Shown: positions 1-8,759 of the stretch, in pieces
How the letters are laid out: every line of letters starts with the position of its first letter
How positions within the stretch are numbered: the first letter of the stretch is position 1
From: Clostridia bacterium
Lineage (GTDB): Bacteria; Bacillota; Clostridia; Oscillospirales; SIG519
NCBI GenBank assembly: GCA_036650995.1
Contig: JAVVYT010000003.1
Location: forward strand, 1 to 24,556
DNA: 24,556 nucleotides
Direction of reading: 5' to 3'
The notes under the pieces: generated by a model
Seen by the model: only the letters and a program-made list of their open reading frames with translations
Told to the model about the DNA's origin: nothing
Databases searched by the model: none
Program-made: the position numbers and the translations under genes

Positions 1-16
1 GATTTATTATTTTTTA

Positions 17-220
17 CTACTTTTTCTTGTGTAGTTTTTGTTTGTTGCCGTTGTTATCTAGGACGTAGGCGTTATCGAGTTGATTTGCGAGATTTTTTTT
101 ATATCCGTCAATGTATTCACGACGAAGAAGGGCTTGTTCGTGTAGTTCTTCTTTAGATAGTGGGGATAGTTTGCTTTTTTTAGCTAGTTCATTTATTCGA
201 GCTATTTTTTCATCTGTCAT
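17..220 (-). CDS. ynzC: DUF896/UPF0291 (YnzC-like) small protein
   Basis: MTDEKIARINELAKKSK...LSKEELHEQALLRREYI matches the recalled DUF896 pattern. Start moved from 283 to the ATG at 220 because homologs begin there; in-frame ATGs at 232/241 are alternatives. Confidence 0.8.
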   Translation of the reverse strand: MTDEKIARINELAKKSKLSPLSKEELHEQALLRREYIDGYKKNLANQLDNAYVLDNNGNKQKLHKKK

Positions 221-301
221 TTTATCTACCATATCTTTCATAAAAATTAAATTAAAAAGTATCTGATTTCGGTCGCAAACCATTTGCTTTGTGATCGCAA
301 A

Positions 302-1132
302 CTAGGTTGTCGATTTTTGCTTTTCTAGCTGTGCATTATATTCCTCTTCGGTAACAGTTTTTACAGATGCACGAGAGGACTCGGTATTTGAGATATCTAT
401 AATTGAAAAGCTTCTTGAAATATCTTCTTTTGAAAGAATGAATTTAAGAAAGCTTATTTTACGTGGAAGTTCTTCGCTAGGGCCTATAAGTACCAAGGCT
501 TTGCCCTCTATCTCAACAGACATATTATAGCTTTTGGTAATATCTATTTTTGAAAGTCGGGGAAGAAGTTCAGCATTTTTAAGCTCTAAAAATAGTTTAT
601 CGTACATTTCTTTTGTAAAATCGGAGGAGAAAGCTGCCGTCTCACCGATATTATTTGCAACAATGCCACTGCCGATTAGTTCGGGAACAGCAGGCTTTTC
701 AGGAACATTCGCTAACACTTTATCCTGTTCAGATAAAATCGTAAACCCACCAGCAGTAGTTACATAAGAGGCATTTTGTGCCGCCTCAACAGTAATTTCC
801 ATAGTTGTAGGTAGTTTTCTTTTAATCGAAACGTTTTGAACGTATGGTAGTATTCTTTCAGTTTCTGCGATTACTTTAAACTTATCTATTTTAAACATAT
901 TACTACGAAAAGCGATACCGGTGGCATCGATAATTTCTTCTTTAGAGTAGATAGAGTCGCCCTTTACCTCGATATGTTCAACGTTAAAGAATAAAGTTAT
1001 TGTTAAAACTGCCGCAACGGATACTAAAAGCCCTGAAAGAGCTAGATAAAATATACGTCTGCGTTGTCTTTTTCTTTTTTTTGCCTGTACTCCACGAAGA
1101 GGTACAGCTTTTTCTTTTTTTATAAGTGGCAT
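302..1132 (-). CDS. ftsQ: Cell division protein FtsQ/DivIB
   Basis: Basic N-terminus (KKRKRQRRR), one TM helix, POTRA-like segment (FFNVEHIEVKGDSIYSKEEIIDATGI...PYVQNVSIKRKLPTTMEITVE); position in dcw cluster. Confidence 0.88.
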   Translation of the reverse strand: MPLIKKEKAVPLRGVQAKKRKRQRRRIFYLALSGLLVSVAAVLTITLFFNVEHIEVKGDSIYSKEEIIDATGIAFRSNMFKIDKFKVIAETERILPYVQNVSIKRKLPTTMEITVEAAQNASYVTTAGGFTILSEQDKVLANVPEKPAVPELIGSGIVANNIGETAAFSSDFTKEMYDKLFLELKNAELLPRLSKIDITKSYNMSVEIEGKALVLIGPSEELPRKISFLKFILSKEDISRSFSIIDISNTESSRASVKTVTEEEYNAQLEKQKSTT

Positions 1133-1169
1133 TTTTTTTATTTTCTAATTCATTGAAATAAATTAGCTA

Positions 1170-2429
1170 TTAACCTCCTACTCTTTTAATATCGGCGCCT
1201 AGATTAAATAGTGTTTTCTCTATTTTATCATATCCACGGTCAATATGGAATACATTTTCTATAATTGTTTCACCTTTTGCCGCAAGGGCTGAGATTACAA
1301 GGGCGGCACCACCTCTAAGGTCGGTGGCACATACTCTAGCACCGGATAGATTAGAATTTCCTTCTACTAGTGCGACTTTTCCCTGTACTTTGATGTTTGC
1401 CCCAAGGCGTGCAAGCTCCGCTATATGCTTGTATCGATTGTCAAAAATAGTTTCTATAAAAACGCTTTCTCCATAGGCTTTTGTCATCAGTGCCATAAGT
1501 GGTGGCTGAATGTCTGTCGGAAAACCTGGATAGGGCATAGTGCGGATATCTTTTAATGCTGTAAAGTGGCTGGTGTTAGTAATATCTATAAAATCTTTGC
1601 CGAGCTTAATTTTAATGTCGGCATCAGTTATAAGCGATAAAAATGAAGATAAATGCAAAGGGTTTATATTTGTAAGTCTGCCTGTTCCGCCTGTAATTGC
1701 AATGGCACAAAGGTAACTTGCAGCGACAATTCTGTCTGGCATTATGGTGTATTCGGTTGAGGAAAGCGAGGGTACACCGCTAATTATAATAGTGTCTGTT
1801 CCGGCACCTTTTACCTTGCCCCCCATAGAACAGATGAAGTTTTGCAAATCGACAATTTCGGGTTCTCTTGCCGCATTGTGAATAATAGTATCCCCATTTG
1901 CTAAAGTGGCAGCTAAAATAATATTTTCGGTAGCGCCAACACTAGGAAAGGCAAGATTTATAGTTTCGCAGGTGATAGTTCCATTTGAAGAACAGTTTAA
2001 ATAGCCATGTTCATCAAAAAAGGTAATCCCCATTTTAGAGAGTGCTTTTATATGTAAGTCAATAGGTCTAGAGCCTAGGTCGCAACCGCCCGGAAGGCTG
2101 ATTTTAGCCATTTTCATTCTGCCTAGAATAGCACCTAAAAACATAATGGAGGAACGCATTTTCCTCATTAGATAGTCGGGAATTTCATAGCCTTTAATGT
2201 TTTTTGCGTTTACTATGACGGTATGATTTTCAAATTTTGCCATAGCACCAAGATTATTTAGAATTTCAATAGCATCGTGGACATCGGATAAATCGGGACA
2301 ATTTTTTATAATACATTCGCCATTACATAAAATAGTGCCGGCTAAAATCGGAAGAACACTATTTTTTGAGCCTTGTATTTTCGCTGTGCCTGTGAGTTTT
2401 TTTTCACCGTTTATAATAAGCTTTGTCAT
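1170..2429 (-). CDS. murA: UDP-N-acetylglucosamine 1-carboxyvinyltransferase
   Basis: GSKNS, LPGGCDLGSRP (active-site Cys), SVGATEN, PGFPTDIQ, DLRGGA, IDRGY. Start at 2429 (MTKLIING) is preceded by GGAGG. Confidence 0.97.
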   Translation of the reverse strand: MTKLIINGEKKLTGTAKIQGSKNSVLPILAGTILCNGECIIKNCPDLSDVHDAIEILNNLGAMAKFENHTVIVNAKNIKGYEIPDYLMRKMRSSIMFLGAILGRMKMAKISLPGGCDLGSRPIDLHIKALSKMGITFFDEHGYLNCSSNGTITCETINLAFPSVGATENIILAATLANGDTIIHNAAREPEIVDLQNFICSMGGKVKGAGTDTIIISGVPSLSSTEYTIMPDRIVAASYLCAIAITGGTGRLTNINPLHLSSFLSLITDADIKIKLGKDFIDITNTSHFTALKDIRTMPYPGFPTDIQPPLMALMTKAYGESVFIETIFDNRYKHIAELARLGANIKVQGKVALVEGNSNLSGARVCATDLRGGAALVISALAAKGETIIENVFHIDRGYDKIEKTLFNLGADIKRVGG

Positions 2430-2512
2430 TATGTAAACCTCCAAATTACGCAAAGTAATACTTTATACTATGCTAATTTTGGAGCAATGTGCGAATAAAA
2501 AGCTCTTTTTAC

Positions 2513-3625
2513 CTATTTTTTTGCTGTTTTCATAATAATTTCACCTATTTGTGAGGAGGCATTTTTAAATGCTAGTTTTTTTGAGGCTTTAGACATACTC
2601 TCAAGTTTTTTCTTGTTAAAGACGATAGAATTTATAGTTTCTAAAAGTGTGTCGCCATTAACATCTTTATCTAAAATCATTTCAGCCGCACCGATATCTG
2701 AAAAAACCTTTGCGTTGTAATACTGATGATTTTCTGCAACGTTAGGACTTGGAATTAAAATACAAGGCTTTTCTAAAAGTGCAAGCTCTGCTAAAGTAAT
2801 CGCACCGCTACGACAAACGACAAGGTCGCAAGCCGCCATAATACGGGGCATATCATAGATGTATTCTTTTATTTGAATATCACCATCGGTATTGAATTTT
2901 ATCCCTAGCTTTTCAACGTCTTTTTTGATGTAGTCGCAATCCCTTTTGCCAACTCCGGCAATAATCGATATTTTATTTTCCTTTTTAATGGTAGGGAGCA
3001 TTGCTACAAGGGAATCATTTATAGTTTTAGCACCTAAACTGCCTCCGTAAATTAATACGAGCGGTTTATTATCGCTTAAAAACATTGTTCGTCTTGAAGA
3101 TTGTTTTTCAAAATTGCCAAACTCTAAGCGAACAGGGTTTCCAGTGACAACAGTGTTTTTATACTCTGCATTTTGCTCTTTTGACGGTGGGAATGAAAGA
3201 AGTAGCTTGTCTGCGTGTTTTGCAAGCATTTTAGTGGTTACACCCCAAAAGGCATTTTGCTCATGAATAACAGTCGGAATTTTAAGTTGTTGTGCTGCCT
3301 TTACAACCGGACCGCTAACATATCCACCTGTTCCGATGACGATATTTGGTTTAAAGCTTTTGATAATTTTTTTAGCATCGCCCATTGCACGAATGGCTTT
3401 AAATAAAATCTTGACATTATCAAGCGAAAGACTGCGTTTAAGACCTTTAACATCAATAAGTTTTAGCTCGTAACCCTCGTTTATAACAAGTTTTGTTTCA
3501 AGTCCGGCTTTAGTGCCGACAAAAACTATTGTTGCGTTTTTATCTCTTCTTTTTATTTCACTTGCAATGGCAATGGCGGGGTTTATGTGACCTGCTGTAC
3601 CGCCTCCGCTTATTAAATATCTCAT
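2513..3625 (-). CDS. murG: Undecaprenyl-PP-MurNAc-pentapeptide GlcNAc transferase
   Basis: GGGTAGHINP, GTGGYVSGP, HEQN, TGNPVR, GGSLGA, RSGAITLAE, HQYYNA motifs. Confidence 0.98.
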   Translation of the reverse strand: MRYLISGGGTAGHINPAIAIASEIKRRDKNATIVFVGTKAGLETKLVINEGYELKLIDVKGLKRSLSLDNVKILFKAIRAMGDAKKIIKSFKPNIVIGTGGYVSGPVVKAAQQLKIPTVIHEQNAFWGVTTKMLAKHADKLLLSFPPSKEQNAEYKNTVVTGNPVRLEFGNFEKQSSRRTMFLSDNKPLVLIYGGSLGAKTINDSLVAMLPTIKKENKISIIAGVGKRDCDYIKKDVEKLGIKFNTDGDIQIKEYIYDMPRIMAACDLVVCRSGAITLAELALLEKPCILIPSPNVAENHQYYNAKVFSDIGAAEMILDKDVNGDTLLETINSIVFNKKKLESMSKASKKLAFKNASSQIGEIIMKTAKK

Positions 3626-3663
3626 ATATTATATTCCTTCCAAAGTTTTTAGGTAACTTTATC

Positions 3664-4806
3664 TTACTCTTTTTTAAGTCGTGATTGCCGTGATACCGAG
3701 AGGACTATCCCCATTTCGGCGAGTAGCATCGTGAGCGCTGTACCTCCATAGCTGAAAAATGGAAGTGAAATTCCTGTTGGTGGAATTGCATTTGTTACAA
3801 CCGCAATGTTTAAGAGTGTTTGAACTGCGACTTGAACTATAATGCCGACTACAAGGAGTGCACCAAATTTATCGGGAGCGCCCCACGCAATAACAAAACC
3901 ACGATAGCACAAAAAGGCGATGACAGCCATTATTAAAAATGCACCGATAAAGCCTAGCTCTTCGCAGATAATAGAAAAGATAAAGTCGTTTTGTGGCTCT
4001 GGAATGTATAGATATTTTTGTCGTGATTTACCAAGACCTAGTCCGAAAAATCCGCCTGAACCTATGGCATAGAGTGACTGCATAGTTTGAAAGCCTTTAC
4101 CAAGGGGGTCTAGCTCCGGGTGTAGCCACGTTTGTATTCGGTCTTGCATATAACTAAAATTAGAAACAACGAAAATTGCCGCCGCCCCACCAAAAGCACC
4201 TAAAATGCCGATAAATTTAAGGTTAGCACCGCCGACTATCATCATACAAAAACCGATTGAGCAGATTAGAAGTGTACCGGATAGATGAGGCTCTATAACG
4301 ATAAGGACTGCCATAACACCGATTATGCCAGCCGGGTAGAGAATACCATTTACAAATTTATGCATTTTATTATAGTTTACTGAAATGAAGAGTGCTAAAA
4401 ACAGAATTAGCCCTAGCTTTGCAACCTCGGAGGGCTGAAATCTGGCGAAACCAAGGTCTAGCCATCTACCGGCACCCTTTGCATCACTTCCCATTGCCAT
4501 AACTAAAACTAGTGTAATAATGGAAATAATATAAGCGGGTAGGGCTAATATTCGAAGGAAGTTGTAGTTAATTTTTGAGAGAAAGTACATAGCAATAAGA
4601 CCTAATCCTGCAAACGCCGCTTGTTTTTTAATGTAAAAATAACTATCTTTCATTTTGAAGTATGCAGTGGCATAGCTTGCTGAAAACACCATAATAAGTC
4701 CCATTATAAGGAGAGCAATTACAAGTACCAAGAAAAGTGTGTCCATTGGTGCTTTTTTAACAAACAAATTAAATTTTGGTTTCTTTTTATCTATTTCTCT
4801 TTTCAA
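3664..4806 (-). CDS. ftsW: SEDS-family peptidoglycan polymerase FtsW/SpoVE
   Basis: Multi-TM protein with GAGRW...FQPSEVAK, YIPEPQNDFIFS, PPTGISLPFFSYGGT. TTG at 4806 lies 7 nt after AAAGGAG; the track's 4812 start is too close to the RBS. Confidence 0.93.
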   Translation of the reverse strand: MKREIDKKKPKFNLFVKKAPMDTLFLVLVIALLIMGLIMVFSASYATAYFKMKDSYFYIKKQAAFAGLGLIAMYFLSKINYNFLRILALPAYIISIITLVLVMAMGSDAKGAGRWLDLGFARFQPSEVAKLGLILFLALFISVNYNKMHKFVNGILYPAGIIGVMAVLIVIEPHLSGTLLICSIGFCMMIVGGANLKFIGILGAFGGAAAIFVVSNFSYMQDRIQTWLHPELDPLGKGFQTMQSLYAIGSGGFFGLGLGKSRQKYLYIPEPQNDFIFSIICEELGFIGAFLIMAVIAFLCYRGFVIAWGAPDKFGALLVVGIIVQVAVQTLLNIAVVTNAIPPTGISLPFFSYGGTALTMLLAEMGIVLSVSRQSRLKKE

Positions 4807-4899
4807 TTGCAAGCTCCTTTATAAAAGATTTTGGTTTTTTGGTATATAAAAATTATTTCTACTAGAATATAAAAGGTATTAGTAAAGGTTTTAAAGCTG

Positions 4900-5868
4900 T
4901 TATCTAATACTAATATAACCTAGGATTGAACAGATTATTGAAACTATTGTAAAGACGTAAACTATCTTAGATTCGGACCAGTGGCACATTTCAAAGTGGT
5001 GATGAATAGGACTCATTTTGAAAACACGTTTTTTAGTAAGTTTAAAGGAAACCACCTGAATAACAACAGATAGTGCTTCGAAAACATACACAAAGCCACA
5101 AATTATAATTGCTATTGGATTATTAAGGGCAATGCCGATAGCGACAAGCATACCGCCTAGAAAAAGCGAGCCGGTGTCACCCATAAAAATGCTAGCAGGG
5201 TGAAGATTATAAATTAAAAAGCCAAGACATCCGCCGATAGTAGCAGCGGCTAAAATTGTCATTCCGTATGCGCCCACGTTAAATGAGATTAAAAGAAAAG
5301 CTATCATAACGGGAACAGTTACAGAGGCTGCAAGTCCGTCCACTCCGTCGGTAAGGTTTACAGCGTTTACCATATACACCATAAAAGGAATGGCTAGTAT
5401 ATAATAGAAAATTCCAAAGTCAATAGAGATTGTAGTAAAAGGAATTACGATTATTGTCGATAATAAACCATTTACTTTTAGGAACAATAAAAATGCGATA
5501 CAAATTAGCACCTGAAGAATTATCTTTTGAATAGAGGTAAGCCCTTGATTTCTTTTAAGAGCTACTTTTATAAAATCATCAACAAGACCTATAATGCCAA
5601 AACCTATTGCACAGAGCAAAACAGCAACTGCACGTTTGTCAAATGCTTTTAAGAAAAAGACAGAAACCACAGCAAAGGTAACTAGAATTGCCAAGGTGAA
5701 GATAATACCGCCCATTGTCGGCGTACCCTCCTTGTTTTTGTGCCAAGAGGGACCTATTTCCTTAATACTTTGCCCAAATTTTAGCTTTCTGAGCATTGGA
5801 ATGAAAAAAGGGGCTAGTATTGCGGTTATTGCAAAGCTAATTATTGCAGAAACAATTATCATTATCAT
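4900..5868 (-). CDS. mraY: Phospho-N-acetylmuramoyl-pentapeptide transferase
   Basis: GTPTMGG, NAVNLTDGVDGLA, FMGDTGS, PIHHHFE. ATG at 5868 overlaps the murF TGA (ATGA), consistent with translational coupling. Confidence 0.97.
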   Translation of the reverse strand: MIMIIVSAIISFAITAILAPFFIPMLRKLKFGQSIKEIGPSWHKNKEGTPTMGGIIFTLAILVTFAVVSVFFLKAFDKRAVAVLLCAIGFGIIGLVDDFIKVALKRNQGLTSIQKIILQVLICIAFLLFLKVNGLLSTIIVIPFTTISIDFGIFYYILAIPFMVYMVNAVNLTDGVDGLAASVTVPVMIAFLLISFNVGAYGMTILAAATIGGCLGFLIYNLHPASIFMGDTGSLFLGGMLVAIGIALNNPIAIIICGFVYVFEALSVVIQVVSFKLTKKRVFKMSPIHHHFEMCHWSESKIVYVFTIVSIICSILGYISIR

Positions 5869-7250
5869 TTTTGAATATTCCTTCCTTTTAAGAATAGTTC
5901 CATACATTCAAAGGTTTTCATTGAATGGCTACCTTTAAATAAAATTGCATCTCCACTTTTTGCAAGGGTTAAGAGAAATTCGGCACATTCTTCTAGTGAA
6001 GAAAAGTGAAGGATATTTTCATTGCCACTAGCTAGATATAATCTTGAATTATCTCCGTAACAGAGTAGAAAATCACAGAAACTAGAGGCTAGTTTGCCGA
6101 TTTTTATATGTGAACTTTCGGTTTTGTCGCCAAGCTCTAGCATATCGGATAACACCGCTATTTTACGGTTTGAATTGGTTGTTTTTAAAATATCTAAAGC
6201 GGCTATCATACTATCGGGGGCGGCATTATAGCTATCGTCAATTATTATCATATCATCAGCTTTAAATATTTTTTGTCTTAAATTGTCTGTTCCATAGCTC
6301 TCTAGACCAAAAGCTAGCTCCTTTTTGGAAATTCCAAGGCAGATACCAGTAGCTAGTGCTACAACTGCGTTGCTCACATTATGACTACCGATTGAATTTA
6401 GCTTAAAATCAAAGCTACCATATGGCGTTTGTAAACTAAAGGTGGTATAGGTATCTTTTCTTTTTATCTTCGTTGCGAAAAAATCACAGTTTTCATTTTT
6501 GATACCATATAAAAGGACCTGATGTGCTAGTTTTCCTTTTAAAGGAGCTAACATTTTATCGTCACCATTTAAAAGCATTATTCCGTCCGGGGTAAGCCCT
6601 GTTTCAATTTCAAGCTTAGCTTTTAAGATGTTTTCTTTCGTTTTAAGGTTTTCAATGTGTGATATGCCGATATTTGTAATTATTGCAATGTATGGGTTTG
6701 CAATGTCGCTCATAGTTTCTATCTCGCCTTTGTTGCTCATACCCATTTCAAAGATTGCCACGTTATGTTCTTTTTTAAGTCCGAAAACTGCAAGGGGCAT
6801 TCCGATATCACTATTTAGATTGCCAAAGTTTTTGTAGGTATTAAATTTACCTGAAAGTACACTATAACACATCTCTTTAGTAGTGGTTTTTCCGACACTT
6901 CCTGTTATTGCAACTGTTGGTATTAGAAATTTATTGCGGTAGTGTTTAGCTAGCGCCTGCATTGCAACTAGTGTGTTTGATACTTTTATTATAACCTTGC
7001 AACTTTTGTCGATAGTTTCTATTTTATCAATATTAGAGTCGCTTACAAGAGCAACGCTAGCACCGTTTTTTAACGTTTGTACAACATAGTTATGCCCGTT
7101 TGTTCGTTTTCCGACAAGGGCAACAAAGAGAGCATTTTCTGTAACTTTGCGACTGTCAATACAAACACTTGTAAAGGTTGCAAGCTCACTGCCGATGACA
7201 ATTTCACCGCCGACTACTTTATTTAATTCTTCTATTGATATGTTTTTCAT
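5865..7250 (-). CDS. murF: UDP-MurNAc-tripeptide--D-Ala-D-Ala ligase
   Basis: DSRKV, AITGSVGKTTTKE P-loop, FEMGMS, NIGISHIE, DDSYNA, DMLELG, FKGSHSM. Confidence 0.96.
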   Translation of the reverse strand: MKNISIEELNKVVGGEIVIGSELATFTSVCIDSRKVTENALFVALVGKRTNGHNYVVQTLKNGASVALVSDSNIDKIETIDKSCKVIIKVSNTLVAMQALAKHYRNKFLIPTVAITGSVGKTTTKEMCYSVLSGKFNTYKNFGNLNSDIGMPLAVFGLKKEHNVAIFEMGMSNKGEIETMSDIANPYIAIITNIGISHIENLKTKENILKAKLEIETGLTPDGIMLLNGDDKMLAPLKGKLAHQVLLYGIKNENCDFFATKIKRKDTYTTFSLQTPYGSFDFKLNSIGSHNVSNAVVALATGICLGISKKELAFGLESYGTDNLRQKIFKADDMIIIDDSYNAAPDSMIAALDILKTTNSNRKIAVLSDMLELGDKTESSHIKIGKLASSFCDFLLCYGDNSRLYLASGNENILHFSSLEECAEFLLTLAKSGDAILFKGSHSMKTFECMELFLKGRNIQK

Positions 7251-7286
7251 ACTGTAAAATCTCCTTTCAAAGAGATAAGGAATAAG

Positions 7287-8732
7287 TTAGTTTAATTTTA
7301 AAATTTCTGCAAGCACTTCACGTTCATCAAAATGTATCTTGCCATCTTTTAAAATCTGATACGTTTCGTGGCCTTTGCCAGCAAGGAGGATAACATCGTT
7401 TGTCTTTGCGATTTCTATTGAATGTTCTATTGCGGTTTTGCGGTCGATTATTATCTCGACTGGAGTCGTTGAAGTCTTTATACCTTTTTTTATGTCTTCT
7501 ATTATTTCCTCTGGATTTTCTGTTCGTGGGTTATCGGAAGTAATAATTACATAATCTGCGTTTTTAATGGCAATTTCTCCCATTATATGACGTTTATCTT
7601 TATCCCTGTCCCCACCACAGCCAAAAACTACGATAAGCCTTGCTAAGTCTGTTTGTTCTTTTAAAGTGGTTAAGGCTTTTTCTAAGCTATCAGGAGTGTG
7701 GGCATAGTCAAGCACGATATTAAAATCTCTGCCTGTTTCAAAATTTTCCATTCTGCCTGAAACACCGGTTGCCATAGAAAGTGCTTTTACTGCTTTTTTT
7801 AGCGGAATGTCTACACATCTTGAAAGTGCAATTGCTGTAAGTGCGTTGTATACAGAAAATAATCCACGAATGGCAATAGTAGCATTGTACACGCCCTCAA
7901 TGGAGGAGATTGTAAATCTTGTCTTGCTAGACATTGGCTTTATATGCTCTGCTTTAAAATACGCATCTTGTTTTATGCCGATAGTGTACACTAAACCGTT
8001 TACAGCATCGATAAACTCGTTTGATACTGGGTCGTCTAGGTTTACAACAGCTTTTTTACACTGGTGCATAAGCTTTAATTTCTCGTTTTTATAGTTTTCC
8101 ATTGTGTGATGATAGTCAAGGTGGTCTTGCGTTAAATTGGTAAAAGCCGCCGCCTCAAAAGAAATATCTGAAACTCGGTCTTGACTTAGTGCGTGAGAGG
8201 ATACTTCCATAACAACATATTCAATATCCGTTTCCACCATTTCAGCTAAGAGCTTTTGCATATTCATAGCATCGGGGGTGGTAAATTTAGCGCAGGTTTT
8301 GCCTTTGCCTGTAATGTTTTCGACAGTTCCTATAAGTCCCACTTTGTAGCCACAGCTCTTTAGGATATGATAGGTAAGATAGGCGGTGGAGGTTTTGCCA
8401 TTTGTACCGGTAATGCCGATAAACGTTAGCCTTTGAGCGGGGTTTTTAAATAAATTAGCACAAATTCTAGAATAAACAAGCCTAGAGTTTTTAACCTTTA
8501 TAGCAACTACGTTTGAGGGGCAGTCAAAATCTTGTTCGTAAACGATAGCTGCTGCGCCATTTTCAATAGCAGAGTTTATAAACTTATGTCCGTCAACCGC
8601 TACACCATTTATTGCAACAAATAAATCTCCGCTAGATATTTCTTTGGAGTTACTAGTTACTTTTGGAACGTTAAGGTCTATGAAATTTTTGGACTTGTAA
8701 TCAATTTCTTCTAAAAGTTGTGAGAGTAGCAT
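7287..8732 (-). CDS. murE: UDP-MurNAc-L-Ala-D-Glu--meso-diaminopimelate ligase
   Basis: GITGTNGKTS, MEVSSH, TNLTQDHLDYH, DYAHTPD, GCGGDRD, GKGHE. The DNPR motif (ITSDNPR) indicates meso-DAP specificity. Confidence 0.97.
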   Translation of the reverse strand: MLLSQLLEEIDYKSKNFIDLNVPKVTSNSKEISSGDLFVAINGVAVDGHKFINSAIENGAAAIVYEQDFDCPSNVVAIKVKNSRLVYSRICANLFKNPAQRLTFIGITGTNGKTSTAYLTYHILKSCGYKVGLIGTVENITGKGKTCAKFTTPDAMNMQKLLAEMVETDIEYVVMEVSSHALSQDRVSDISFEAAAFTNLTQDHLDYHHTMENYKNEKLKLMHQCKKAVVNLDDPVSNEFIDAVNGLVYTIGIKQDAYFKAEHIKPMSSKTRFTISSIEGVYNATIAIRGLFSVYNALTAIALSRCVDIPLKKAVKALSMATGVSGRMENFETGRDFNIVLDYAHTPDSLEKALTTLKEQTDLARLIVVFGCGGDRDKDKRHIMGEIAIKNADYVIITSDNPRTENPEEIIEDIKKGIKTSTTPVEIIIDRKTAIEHSIEIAKTNDVILLAGKGHETYQILKDGKIHFDEREVLAEILKLN

Positions 8733-8759
8733 ATTTTTTTACCTTTCTTTGTTTTAAGG

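Noticed and set aside
273-302. TCGCAAAC direct repeat (22-bp spacing) upstream of DUF896, considered as a LexA-type site
   Set aside because: Does not match the Firmicute CGAAC-N4-GTTCG box; two 8-mers are too weak to support a call.
2429-2438. TTATGTAAAC resembles the XerD arm of a Firmicute dif site
   Set aside because: No XerC arm at the right spacing; it lies in the murA RBS-start spacer.
4855-4868. ATTTCTACTAG resembles the start of a Cas12a direct repeat
   Set aside because: Single copy, no GTAGA complement, no array. It is only a short TTCTA-C-TAGAA palindrome.
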